From a virus, in the IMG/VR virus record IMGVR_UViG_3300038696_000205, positions 1 to 64,000 of that record: DNA of 64,000 bases, one strand, 5' to 3'. Both the position numbers and the translations under genes were made by a program. The notes under the pieces were generated by a model that was not told the DNA's origin, did no database searches, and saw only the letters and a list, made by a program, of their open reading frames with translations. Shown here one piece after another: positions 29,929-39,210 of the stretch (within the stretch, counting starts at the first letter, position 1; every line of letters starts with the position of its first letter).

Positions 29929-29957
29929 TTTGTTTATTCGATTTTTTTTTATTATAT

Positions 29958-30299
29958 TTGTATAAATTGAATAATATGTTAATAAATAAAGCTAAAAAAG
30001 ATTTCGATGATTACCTATCGGAAAATTCATTATGTTACCTAATGGGAATCAATAAGGATACGTTCTATGATTTTCCATTCCATATGCAATACGGAATGTT
30101 CGAAAAATTTTTTTTCGATAAGGGCCTTGTTATAGATAAAAATACAAAAAAAACAATATATAAAATCTGGGACTATAGAGAAGAAGAACCAATAAATCCG
30201 ACAGTACTCGATTTTACATATATCCCCGACCAAACAGATGCAATGCAATTAGTAATAGGATTAATAAATAAAATATATAATAAAGATGGGAAAAATTAG
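29958..30299 (+). CDS. hypothetical protein
   Basis: TATATTTG box at the 5' end; true start probably ATG 29976. Confidence 0.7.
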   Translation: MYKLNNMLINKAKKDFDDYLSENSLCYLMGINKDTFYDFPFHMQYGMFEKFFFDKGLVIDKNTKKTIYKIWDYREEEPINPTVLDFTYIPDQTDAMQLVIGLINKIYNKDGKN

Positions 30300-30636
30300 T
30301 ATCAACGGTCAAAGAATTACGAATAACGGTAAATCGATAGATATAATCTAGGACCAAATTTACGTGGATGGTAGACCCATGGACCTAAGGGGGTTAACCA
30401 ACGTCAACATACATGTCGAAGGTTCATTAAATAACCTAAAAGCGGACGTAACACAACAAATTACCGTAAACGGTAACATAGGTACCATAACAACGGTATC
30501 TGGTGCCGTAGAAACCCTGGGCGATGTAAGTGGTGATGTAATAACAATGTCTGGAAACATTACGTGCCTTGATATAAAGGGTAAGGCATCATCAATGTCT
30601 GGAAATATAAAATATAATAATAGATATAATAATTAA
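30286..30636 (+). pseudogene. beta-strand repeat protein (DUF4097/adhesin-like) with in-frame TAG at 30349-51
   Basis: MGKISINGQRITNNGKSIDII*DQIYVDG in frame with GNIGTITTVSGAV..GDVITMSGNI..ASSMSGNI. Confidence 0.65.
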
Positions 30637-30646
30637 ATCATATAAG

Positions 30647-31039
30647 ATGAATATAAAATACGTAAGAGCGGAAAGTATTAAATCAATAGTCTTTAGAGGT
30701 AGTAAACCACTAAACCTTACATGGCACGAAGCTACACCAGAAATTACAAAGTTTTTCGGTCTAATACTTAAAAAAAGTGCCGTAAAAGCTGGATGGGCCG
30801 AAAAAGACGATTACTACAAATCATCTACCGAGGACCTAATTGAAAATGGGGATAAAAACTTTGATTCAAATAAACCCAATGGCAAACAATGGTCAACCAA
30901 ACCATCAATCGGTATATACTATAAAAACCAAGGTTATGATAGAACATATTATAATACGGATGAAGAGGCCATGCACGAACTTACTAATTTAGTTAGAAAT
31001 AATCCAGACCTACCCAAGGTAAAATTTAAGACCAACTAA
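30647..31039 (+). CDS. hypothetical protein
   Basis: 130-aa ORF in + operon. Confidence 0.75.
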   Translation: MNIKYVRAESIKSIVFRGSKPLNLTWHEATPEITKFFGLILKKSAVKAGWAEKDDYYKSSTEDLIENGDKNFDSNKPNGKQWSTKPSIGIYYKNQGYDRTYYNTDEEAMHELTNLVRNNPDLPKVKFKTN

Positions 31040-31040
31040 T

Positions 31041-31481
31041 ATGTTATACACAATTTTACTGGATTTTGACGGCACTTGCGTAACCCATGAATTCCCCAAA
31101 GTGGGCGATGATATAGGTGCCGTACCAGTGCTTAAGGAACTCGTTGAAAACGGAAACCGACTTATCCTCTTTACAATGAGGGGCAGCGGTGAACTATCAC
31201 TTAAAAAATTCGGCACGGACGGTCTACAGGATGCCGTAAATTGGTTCGCCACTAACGGTATACCACTATACGGTATTCAGACCAACCCAACGCAGCACAC
31301 ATGGACCAACAGTCCAAAACCGCACGGTGATTTAATAATAGACGACACGGCAATAGGCATACCACTCATATACGACCCAAAAATAAGTAAGGGGGTTTTC
31401 GTGGACTGGAAAAAGTTAAGGGAAATGCTAATAACCTACGAGGCAATAAAAATAAAGGATAATGACAAGGAAGGAAGCTAG
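31041..31481 (+). CDS. HAD-superfamily hydrolase-like protein
   Basis: LLDFDGTCV, LILFTMR, KP..DLIIDD motifs. Confidence 0.85.
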   Translation: MLYTILLDFDGTCVTHEFPKVGDDIGAVPVLKELVENGNRLILFTMRGSGELSLKKFGTDGLQDAVNWFATNGIPLYGIQTNPTQHTWTNSPKPHGDLIIDDTAIGIPLIYDPKISKGVFVDWKKLREMLITYEAIKIKDNDKEGS

Positions 31482-31794
31482 GGAAATATCGGAAACGTTC
31501 AAGTTCACAAGACGTGAACTATACGACATATTAACAAAGGCATTAAAACAAATGCCAGATGATTTCTGGACCAAAAGGAATATGTCAAATAAATCAACGG
31601 ATAACGGATTCTATTTTAACCTATGCGTTAAATTAGTGGACCTACAGGAAAACGTAAACGAGGACGAAGTGGTGGCGCACATGATTGCATTCAGGGTGTT
31701 ACATATCTTTGGAGAGTTCAGTGAAATACAACCCTATAAAAAAGCTAAAAGAATATTGCCGAAAATAACAATGAGTGAAAAACCAAAATTATAA
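31462..31794 (+). CDS. hypothetical protein
   Basis: Overlap-coupled ORF. Confidence 0.75.
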   Translation: MTRKEAREISETFKFTRRELYDILTKALKQMPDDFWTKRNMSNKSTDNGFYFNLCVKLVDLQENVNEDEVVAHMIAFRVLHIFGEFSEIQPYKKAKRILPKITMSEKPKL

Positions 31795-32149
31795 TATGGA
31801 ACTTAAAGGAGATATATTAAGTAAAATTAAATTTATAAAAAATCTAAACGTAAAAGAATTAATTTTACAAAAATATACATACATTCCGTGGTATAAATAT
31901 TCAGATTTATTTAAAGAATCTTTTAATGATGATTTATTAAAATCAGAGTTTTTATTGAAATTAGGACCAGATAGGTTAAATATTATATATAATGAATGCT
32001 TAAATACTATTAAAAATTTAAATATACCTTCACCACATAATATAGCATTAGCCGAAGGTGTTATCTTAAGTCTAATAGCACAAGGAGATAAAATATACAA
32101 ACAAACAAATGAAAGTATGTTGATATTCAATAGAACAAAAAAAAAATAA
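31775..32149 (+). CDS. IFNRT-tail family protein 1
   Basis: Ends SMLIFNRTKKK; LLKLGPDRLNII core; start probably 31796. Confidence 0.75.
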   Translation: MKNQNYNMELKGDILSKIKFIKNLNVKELILQKYTYIPWYKYSDLFKESFNDDLLKSEFLLKLGPDRLNIIYNECLNTIKNLNIPSPHNIALAEGVILSLIAQGDKIYKQTNESMLIFNRTKKK

Positions 32150-32150
32150 A

Positions 32151-32489
32151 ATGGAATACATAGGATTGGTAGGTATGACAGAATACTATAAGAGCCTTAA
32201 TCTATATGATTTAGTGAGAGCGGAACCTTATCCAGATAATTGGATTGACGAAAATGAATACCTAGATGAATACTCACTGGAATTCCTAAGTAAGATAGGA
32301 AAGAAAGGTTTAGATATCTTACGTGAACAATTACTAGCCTTTGAATTATTTCGAGATGAAAAAGATTCCCCACTTCTACAAAATCACGTAAAAGAGGAAA
32401 TATTAAAGTGCTTATATAGAAGTGGGGAAGAATATAAAAAAGCTAAAATTAGTATGCTAATATTTAATAGAACAAGAAATTTAATATGA
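32151..32489 (+). CDS. IFNRT-tail family protein 2
   Basis: Ends SMLIFNRTRNLI; LSKIGKKGLDILREQL core. Confidence 0.75.
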   Translation: MEYIGLVGMTEYYKSLNLYDLVRAEPYPDNWIDENEYLDEYSLEFLSKIGKKGLDILREQLLAFELFRDEKDSPLLQNHVKEEILKCLYRSGEEYKKAKISMLIFNRTRNLI

Positions 32490-32646
32490 ACGATGTAAAA
32501 CAAAATGCCGCTAAAGAATACATAATACAAGGGATAGTGAATAACCAATACTTGGACGATTTAAATAAAATAGTCAACGGGTTAATGATGTAAGAATTTC
32601 ATATACAAAAAAATCAAAGGAAATATTTAATAGAACAAGAAAATGA
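32486..32646 (+). pseudogene. IFNRT-tail family protein 3 (frameshifted near GGG 32579-81)
   Basis: MNDVKQ..KIVNG continues in -1 frame as VNDVRISYTKKSKEIFNRTRK. Confidence 0.55.
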
Positions 32647-32968
32647 AAGTTAACGGAAGAATGAACGAGATTAAATACGTACAGGACTTAGATATAAGCG
32701 AGCTGGTCAAATCAGAACTCATTCACGAACCATGGCAAATAATCTCCGAAAACCTAAGATACCAGAACCTGGACCTAAACGATTATGAGGCCGCATTAAA
32801 AATAGGTCCAGAAGGTATTGAAATAATCCGTGAACAATTGACCGAAATAATCAGACATAGAAAAGTTCAGGAAATTATGATAGTCAATTTTATTCTAAAA
32901 ATAGAACCCATATATTAGGACACAAAAAAAGTATGGCAATATTCAATAGAACAAAAAATGCAAAATAA
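32643..32968 (+). pseudogene. IFNRT-tail family protein 4 (frameshifted near AAAA 32861-64)
   Basis: ALKIGPEGIEIIREQL core; -1 frame ends KKSMAIFNRTKNAK; track ORF stops at 32918. Confidence 0.6.
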
Positions 32969-33104
32969 ATCCGATAACGAAAATCGTGCACTACCCAAAT
33001 ATTTAAATTTTGACCTATTTCCGCTCGCAGATGAAATGATAAGGGAATTTAAAGAAGAGGAAAAATCAAAACAAATATTTAATAGAACAAAAAATGGAAA
33101 ATGA
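32958..33104 (+). CDS. IFNRT-tail family protein 5 (48 aa)
   Basis: Manual translation ends KSKQIFNRTKNGK. Confidence 0.65.
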   Translation: MQNKSDNENRALPKYLNFDLFPLADEMIREFKEEEKSKQIFNRTKNGK

Positions 33105-33243
33105 GAATTATACAATATGCCCGACCAAGATAAAAGCAGATGCTGAATTAAGTAGATTGATACAAGATGAATTTGATAAACTTATCTTAGAATCATTAAA
33201 TAAAGTAGCGTCAAAACAAATGTTTGAAAAATCAAGAAAATGA
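33094..33243 (+). CDS. small protein with degenerate tail SKQMFEKSRK (49 aa)
   Basis: Manual translation; ATGA-coupled to next ORF. Confidence 0.55.
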   Translation: MENENYTICPTKIKADAELSRLIQDEFDKLILESLNKVASKQMFEKSRK

Positions 33244-33455
33244 CAGTACCAGATATTAACGAATTATTGGATAGACCAAAGGTCAGAGAACAAAAATTCG
33301 AATGGTTGACCAAACTTACATATGTAGAATCGCATCGAATCCAGACAGAGCTGGACTATGAGGTGGAGAAACTTATGGTAACCGAAACGTACCATTATGA
33401 CACTATTAACATACATACTTTTAGGTTCAGGTTCTACACGAAGATTGAAAAATAA
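33240..33455 (+). CDS. hypothetical protein; frame stays open after TAA with AKSKRIFDR to 33572
   Basis: 71-aa ORF; in-frame continuation carries a tail-like motif. Confidence 0.6.
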   Translation: MTVPDINELLDRPKVREQKFEWLTKLTYVESHRIQTELDYEVEKLMVTETYHYDTINIHTFRFRFYTKIEK

Positions 33456-33695
33456 TATCAAACGGCCAAATCAAAACGAATATTCGACAGGTTTATAAAG
33501 CCTAAAGAAGTAGATGAAAAATTTACCAAAAAAATAGCCCAAAAATTTTACCAAAAATTTTTTTGCATATGACCTAACTAAATATTTAAAGTCAAAAAAT
33601 CTGGAGAACAAATAAAATTACATAATGGTACCAAAACGTTTTACCCCATATTAACCCAAAAAATTACCAGAAAAATTTTGTGAACGACATCATGT

Positions 33696-33766
33696 GGGGG
33701 TATATAGCACCAGTACGGGGGGTGTATAAGAGGGGTTACATAGGGGGGGTCTATGGGGGTATAGGG
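33696..33766 (+). other. G-run cluster with G-quadruplex potential at the convergent strand junction
   Basis: Six G-runs of 3-7 nt in 71 nt. Confidence 0.6.
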
Positions 33767-34000
33767 CACCCCTCCCTACGTTATAGCCTTAATAGGTATT
33801 CAGCTATACCCCACAAACAAACTACCGTTAGAACGTCTTAAAAGGATTCCTTTAATAACCTAATATAAAATAGGTTATTCGATGAACGGTAATTCCTAAT
33901 TTATTATGTTAAAGTTTTTTAATATAGAATAATTCTAAATAATAAAATAGGTACAAAAAAACTACCTTTATTAGAGGTAGTTTTTTTATTTATAATCGTT

Positions 34001-34570
34001 CTAAATTTCTAAACCTTGTAGTGCTAAGGTTTCACCGTTTTTAATCTTAAAGGTTTTGAAATTCATCTGATTTGATAATTTTTCAACCTTATTTTTCAAT
34101 TTCATATAGTTAGACCTGGTATCTTCGCCATATTCGATTGGACTAATAACTTTTTTGGTCATTAACAAGCCTTTAAAATAAAGATATTCATCTTTAGTGG
34201 CTAAACCTTTAGCTAGGCTAACATACGCTTCAATTTGCGCTTTAGATTTTACCATGGTTGAATCGCCCTCGGCTAACAATTTCGCCTTAATTTCCTCGCT
34301 AGAGGTTCTTTTAACAAGACTGGCAACAAGTTTGTTGTAAACGTTTTTAACGTTATCTTTGTTGTCTACATTATATAGTTCTACTAATTTACGTCTAACT
34401 TCGATTGATTGGAGGCTGTTTAAGTCCTTTATAAGCCTTTTTTCATAACTAAAGCCTACCAATATGGTTTGGTTTGAAATCTCGCCTTGTGAGTTCTCAT
34501 AGTTCCTAATACCTACAAAAGAAGTACCTTTGATTTGCTTTGCTGCTACGATTGTTTTTAATACTGACAT
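34001..34570 (-). CDS. hypothetical protein
   Basis: 189-aa ORF with own promoter (34608-15) and terminator hairpin (~33956-33987). Confidence 0.85.
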   Translation of the reverse strand: MSVLKTIVAAKQIKGTSFVGIRNYENSQGEISNQTILVGFSYEKRLIKDLNSLQSIEVRRKLVELYNVDNKDNVKNVYNKLVASLVKRTSSEEIKAKLLAEGDSTMVKSKAQIEAYVSLAKGLATKDEYLYFKGLLMTKKVISPIEYGEDTRSNYMKLKNKVEKLSNQMNFKTFKIKNGETLALQGLEI

Positions 34571-34702
34571 AATTTCTAAATTTTAAGGTTCATATTGTTT
34601 GATGGTGTAAAGATACAAAAACATATTTGATATTTATGTTAATAAATGTTAAAGTTTTTAATATTATAAAATATAATTTATTATTTAGCTATTGGACGTA
34701 AC

Positions 34703-34749
34703 GGAGTCTACTCTACTAAGGTGTTACCTCAGCCCGTATCTTTCTACAT
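34703..34749 (-). ncRNA. three-hairpin repeat element copy A (candidate sRNA)
   Basis: TGTAGAAAGATACGGGCTGAGGTAACACCTTAGTAGAGTAGACTCC behind its own promoter. Confidence 0.6.
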
Positions 34750-35150
34750 TGTAAAGGTACAAATAAAAATCCTAACTACAAAAGTAATTAGGATTTATTT
34801 TTAGTTAATATGTTATCTAGTTATCCTAGAATAACGATACGATAGCCAATATAATAGCTATTAATAAGCTACCTAGTACAAAGGTCGCTAAAAGTCTGGC
34901 TATAATTAAATAAATCATTCCAATTGTGATACTGTTTTTTAAGGTTTCCATGTTATATATTTTTAGGTTTATATTATTTGATACTCAAAGATAATTTTTT
35001 TATCCGTAACCACCAAAAATAATCGATGAACTACATCATTTTTATTAAAATTGGATATTATTAAATAATATTTGTTAATTCGTTAGATTATTAGAAATAT
35101 GGTTTGTATCTTTGCCATGAACAAATATTATAACCTTTAATTTTTAAGAT

Positions 35151-35447
35151 ATGGAAAGTTTGTCAATTTATGGTCGTGCGCACAATGTAACATCTGAAAT
35201 AGAAATCTTCAATGATTCCGAGTTCGGTATGGATGTGGTAATTTGTCGATATGATGATGGTATTGAGGTTCGCAGAAATTGCACCGAGTTTCATCACTTG
35301 TTCGACACCAAAGAAGAAATCTTATTCAGCCATTGCGCATCAGCTTTTGAGTCCGACATACATACTACGGGTGGAACGATTAGTTACGATAAGATTAAAT
35401 GGATTATTGTGGAACACGCTACCAAATTACATGATAGCCACCGATAA
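35151..35447 (+). CDS. hypothetical protein
   Basis: TATCTTTG box at 35107-14; terminator ~35462-90. Confidence 0.75.
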   Translation: MESLSIYGRAHNVTSEIEIFNDSEFGMDVVICRYDDGIEVRRNCTEFHHLFDTKEEILFSHCASAFESDIHTTGGTISYDKIKWIIVEHATKLHDSHR

Positions 35448-35566
35448 TGGCTAACATCAAATAAGAAACCCCTAAATGGGGTTTTTTTTGTTGCTTGTTT
35501 TATACAAAAAAAAAAGGTGCCGATTAATCAGCACCTTTAAATATGATGTACACAAATGTGTATATA

Positions 35567-35797
35567 TTAGTCTTGGTAGACTGGTTCTATTAATGTTCCG
35601 TCTTCCGTTTCTATTGTTTGACCCTCCCAAAGTACCATGTACTCTAGTTCATCCCATTCGTAGCCATCTATTAAGGCTTGGTTTACATTTTCATCATCGA
35701 CTACATCAAAGATGCTTGTACCGTCTGTAAGGTATTCAGAAGCTCTATATGGGTGGTCGATTGCTACTTTTAAATCGGCTAAGGTATTAATTTTCAT
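35567..35797 (-). CDS. hypothetical protein
   Basis: Promoter at 35822; start set at ATG 35797; VYWEG..IE.EDG..IEPVY-like C-terminus. Confidence 0.7.
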   Translation of the reverse strand: MKINTLADLKVAIDHPYRASEYLTDGTSIFDVVDDENVNQALIDGYEWDELEYMVLWEGQTIETEDGTLIEPVYQD

Positions 35798-35843
35798 GTG
35801 GTTTGTTTTATTGTTCCCTACAAAGATAAGTATAATAATTGTA

Positions 35844-36161
35844 TTATACAAATTTAATCGTAAGAAAAAATGAATTAATATCAGCTATGTGTTTGTAGTG
35901 TGTAAACGTTGCAATTTCTTTTTTGTTTTGGTAGGTGTAAGATAGTTCGCTATCGTATGATGGTTCATAATTTATTTTCATTACCATTGTACCCATGACA
36001 TAAAATGACACCTCATACGTTGTCATTTCTTCAATGAAATCATCATCGTTAATGAAGCGTTTTTCCATTTTCTTCTTTAGGGTTACGTTACCCTGAAAAC
36101 CGCTACGATTGTTTTTTACATTAAAGGTAGTGTTTTCAGCATCTATTTTATTATCGACCAT
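35844..36161 (-). CDS. hypothetical protein
   Basis: 105-aa ORF in early-type block. Confidence 0.7.
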   Translation of the reverse strand: MVDNKIDAENTTFNVKNNRSGFQGNVTLKKKMEKRFINDDDFIEEMTTYEVSFYVMGTMVMKINYEPSYDSELSYTYQNKKEIATFTHYKHIADINSFFLTIKFV

Positions 36162-36278
36162 TTGAAAATCATTTTCATCTTTGCCCCAAACTAAATCTGT
36201 ATCGTTCTTCTTTAATTTTGTTACTATAATATCATCAATGATATAGTCTTCTTGTTCGTGGGTGCTTGCTATACGGTC

Positions 36279-36542
36279 TTATATAATTTTAACAAACCCT
36301 TGTATTCTATTATTAAAGAATTTTTTAGCTATTGCATCATCAAAAGAGGACATTCCCATCAATATGGTATGTTCTTCGTCATACCTTGGATAGTTTGAGT
36401 TGCCTATCGTTTCTGGCAATAAATAATTAAAGGCGTATAGGTTATCTGAACCATCGGTTTTACCCTCGTTCTTATTTGATAGTTCAAGAAAGTTTTTAAT
36501 AAATTCGTTGGTTAGTTCCTGTAAATTATCAGCTATTTTCAT
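36279..36542 (-). CDS. hypothetical protein
   Basis: Own promoter and hairpin leader. Confidence 0.75.
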   Translation of the reverse strand: MKIADNLQELTNEFIKNFLELSNKNEGKTDGSDNLYAFNYLLPETIGNSNYPRYDEEHTILMGMSSFDDAIAKKFFNNRIQGFVKII

Positions 36543-36705
36543 GTGGGTTGTTTTGTTTAATACTCCCGTTGGTCGGGCTTACCACAAAGATACAAAATAA
36601 AAACAACCCCACCTAATTTTGATGGGGTTATTTTTATTAAAATTTTAAAATAAAACTTTAACATATTATATTTTGTAGTCTCAAATAAAAGGCTTATCTT
36701 TGTAG

Positions 36706-36795
36706 TGTGCAAGAGACACGGGCTGAGAAATCAGAAGAGTAGACTCCGTTATGCAACTGCGTCAGCGTTGCTAGACTCCGACCTACCTTATACTC
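36706..36795 (+). ncRNA. three-hairpin repeat element copy B (with extra hairpin)
   Basis: TGTGCAAGAGACACGGGCTGAGAAATCAGAAGAGTAGACTCC behind TTTG-N19-TATCTTTG. Confidence 0.6.
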
Positions 36796-36820
36796 AAATA
36801 TTTTGTTTTTAAAAAAAAAT

Positions 36821-36850
36821 AACCTAGAATAGAAATTTCTATTCTAGGTT
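36821..36850. terminator. 30-bp perfect palindrome, likely bidirectional terminator
   Basis: AACCTAGAATAGAAA/TTTCTATTCTAGGTT. Confidence 0.75.
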
Positions 36851-36859
36851 AAAGTTATT

Positions 36860-37030
36860 TTAGATTAATCCTATTGATAACAATACGGACTCGTGACCAT
36901 GCTCACAATGTCCATCAGGCTCAACCTCGCAACCATCTGAACAACAAGCTGGAACTACTGAATCCATACATTCAATCAACTCTAGTCCGTGTAATCTTAA
37001 TGCTGCACCCGCTGAAATTTTCTTACCCAT
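36860..37030 (-). CDS. small Cys/His-rich protein (56 aa)
   Basis: Manual translation PACCSDGCEVEPDGHCEHGHESVL; own promoter at 37067. Confidence 0.7.
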   Translation of the reverse strand: MGKKISAGAALRLHGLELIECMDSVVPACCSDGCEVEPDGHCEHGHESVLLSIGLI

Positions 37031-37105
37031 AATAATATATTTTAAGGTTTATGTTATTTGTTACATCAAAGATAAGAATAATAATTGAATAAACCTAATT
37101 TTGTT

Positions 37106-37489
37106 TTAAATCTTTTCAAAAAGTTCTTCTATACTATATGGTGTTGTATGTGAACCGCAATACTCCCGTAAATCTTTAGTAATTAAAACGTAATCATCAT
37201 AACTACCGATAGGCGCATAAACTTTAGCAGACGTAATAAAACCATAATCACCACTTTTAAGTTTTACTATCTCACCTACTTTATTACCCTCTAATTCTTT
37301 AATGTATCTCGGTTTGATAAATTTATTAACGTTTCCATCTTTATCACAAATAAATGAAAGTTCATTATGGATTAATTTTGGTTTATCCAATAGGATACTT
37401 TGTATCCAAAGTTCGTCACCCTCTTTAAAAATATGGGCAAGACTATTAATCGTTAACCTTGCCCTAACCTTAATTTTTTTACCTCTCAT
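37106..37489 (-). CDS. hypothetical protein
   Basis: 127-aa ORF. Confidence 0.75.
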   Translation of the reverse strand: MRGKKIKVRARLTINSLAHIFKEGDELWIQSILLDKPKLIHNELSFICDKDGNVNKFIKPRYIKELEGNKVGEIVKLKSGDYGFITSAKVYAPIGSYDDYVLITKDLREYCGSHTTPYSIEELFEKI

Positions 37490-37491
37490 AA

Positions 37492-37719
37492 TTATACAAA
37501 TCTGTTTATATCGTTACCGCACATTTGCTTTGCACGGCTAATAAATTCGTCCTTAGAAGCCATCATAAGAATATCTCTAGTGTCCTTATCGAACCAGTAA
37601 GAAACACCCTCATCTTTGGTATTTTCGACTAGAATCTCGTTTGTCATGTTGAATTGACCTTTAGCCATCCCATCACCCTCGTTTAATTCAAATTGACCTA
37701 TTTTTCTTAGAACTTTCAT
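37492..37719 (-). CDS. hypothetical protein, paralogue of 38983..39210
   Basis: KIGQFELN.GDG.AKG.FNMTN.ILVENTKDEGVSYWF shared. Confidence 0.8.
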   Translation of the reverse strand: MKVLRKIGQFELNEGDGMAKGQFNMTNEILVENTKDEGVSYWFDKDTRDILMMASKDEFISRAKQMCGNDINRFV

Positions 37720-37801
37720 AATAATAAGGTTTATATTGTTCGTTACTCAAAGATACGAAATAAAAACAACTCTACCAAATTAATGATAGAGTTATTTTAA
37801 A

Positions 37802-38137
37802 TTATTTTACATATTCGTCAACCCGTTCAATTTTGTTGTCGATAACATCTACCAAATCTTCAAAGTAAATATCTTCGATAACCTCTTTTACAGTACCCCT
37901 AGTACTAGTAAGGTAGATATTGTAAAGGTCTGAACCGTTAACTGAAATATAAACATGACCTTTATGGTGGTGTCCGTTTACCTTGAATCTAAGGAACTTA
38001 TTATACAAGTTCATCCATGCTTGACCACCCCAACTAAAAAACTTAAGACCGCCAGTCCTAAGAAGTCTCAAGGTTTCATTAACGTCTTGTTGTCTCATTG
38101 ATTTTGATAACTCTGATGTGTTTATTTTGTTTGACAT
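37802..38137 (-). CDS. conserved hypothetical protein
   Basis: LRFKVNGHHHKGHVYI..DLYNI..YFEDLVDVID..IE motif; own promoter. Confidence 0.8.
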   Translation of the reverse strand: MSNKINTSELSKSMRQQDVNETLRLLRTGGLKFFSWGGQAWMNLYNKFLRFKVNGHHHKGHVYISVNGSDLYNIYLTSTRGTVKEVIEDIYFEDLVDVIDNKIERVDEYVK

Positions 38138-38275
38138 GATATAAGGTTTAATTATTAATAATAATCAAAGATATGAAATAAAAACTATAACAACTAATTA
38201 TTTAACATTTAATTTTATTTTAAAACTTTAACATATTATATTTTGTAGTCTGGAATAATAGCCGTATCTTTACGG

Positions 38276-38335
38276 TGTACAAAGATACGGTCTGACCCAG
38301 CAAGTTAGTAGAGTAGACTCCGTTGCACCATATAC
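38276..38335 (+). ncRNA. three-hairpin repeat element copy C
   Basis: TGTACAAAGATACGGTCTGACCCAGCAAGTTAGTAGAGTAGACTCC behind TTTG-N19-TATCTTTA. Confidence 0.6.
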
Positions 38336-38382
38336 TGAAAATTCTTTTAAATGGAAAATGAGGTTTTTACACCTCATTTATT

Positions 38383-38906
38383 TTAGTAATTTTGGATTTG
38401 CTCCAAGACATATTTCTCATTATATGCGTGTGGATAACATTTTGAACATGATGCTTTACGCTTCCTTTTTTTATGTGAGGGACTTTCCGTACCACAAGAG
38501 TTACATTTCATGGTATATTTAGATTGAACGCTACTAGAGTGCTTAATACTAGAGCATCGCTCCCCATCGCAACCTATCGCTAGCGCAATACTTCTCCATT
38601 GCCAGTCGTGTGAACTTTTCCCCTAACCTCAAAATCTATGGCGTGGGCTATCTCGTGCAATATTGTATTTTTCCAAGTGGATAGCGGATTTTCACTATTT
38701 TCAATTATCCAACTGGATAGGGCAACCGTTTTCCTAGATTTACTACAAGTACCCAAAGCTGTTTTTTTCGTGTGGAAAACAAACCGCCATCCCAATTTAG
38801 CCATATTATAGACGTTACCTCTATAAACAAAATCGTTGGACATATACTCTAAAGCTAATTTCTTAATCGTTACTAGGTCGCTATTTACTTTTGTAGTTGT
38901 ACACAT
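38383..38906 (-). CDS. SprT-like zinc metalloprotease with C-terminal zinc ribbon, interrupted by -1 frameshift at G-GGA-AAA (38622-38616)
   Basis: LGTC, TILHEIAHA; -1 frame gives SHDWQWRSIALAIGCDGERC..KYTMKCNSCG..CSKC to TAA 38383. Confidence 0.8.
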
Positions 38907-38982
38907 AATATATGGTTTATTTGTTATCGTTAATCAAAGATATTAAATAATATTTAAAATTCTTAATTATTTAACATTTAAT

Positions 38983-39210
38983 TTAAACAAACCGATTAAT
39001 ATCATTACCGCACATTTGTTTAGCACGGCTAATAAATTCATCACTAGAGGCTAACATAAGTATATCCTTAGTATCGTTACCAAACCAGTAAGAAACTCCC
39101 TCATCTTTGGTATTTTCCACCAGTATTTTATTGGTCATATTAAATAGACCTTTAGCCGCTCCATCACCCTGATTTAATTCAAACTGACCTATTTTTTTTA
39201 AGATTTTCAT
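38983..39210 (-). CDS. hypothetical protein, paralogue of 37492..37719
   Basis: Near-identical sequence; start set at ATG 39210 downstream of promoter. Confidence 0.8.
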   Translation of the reverse strand: MKILKKIGQFELNQGDGAAKGLFNMTNKILVENTKDEGVSYWFGNDTKDILMLASSDEFISRAKQMCGNDINRFV

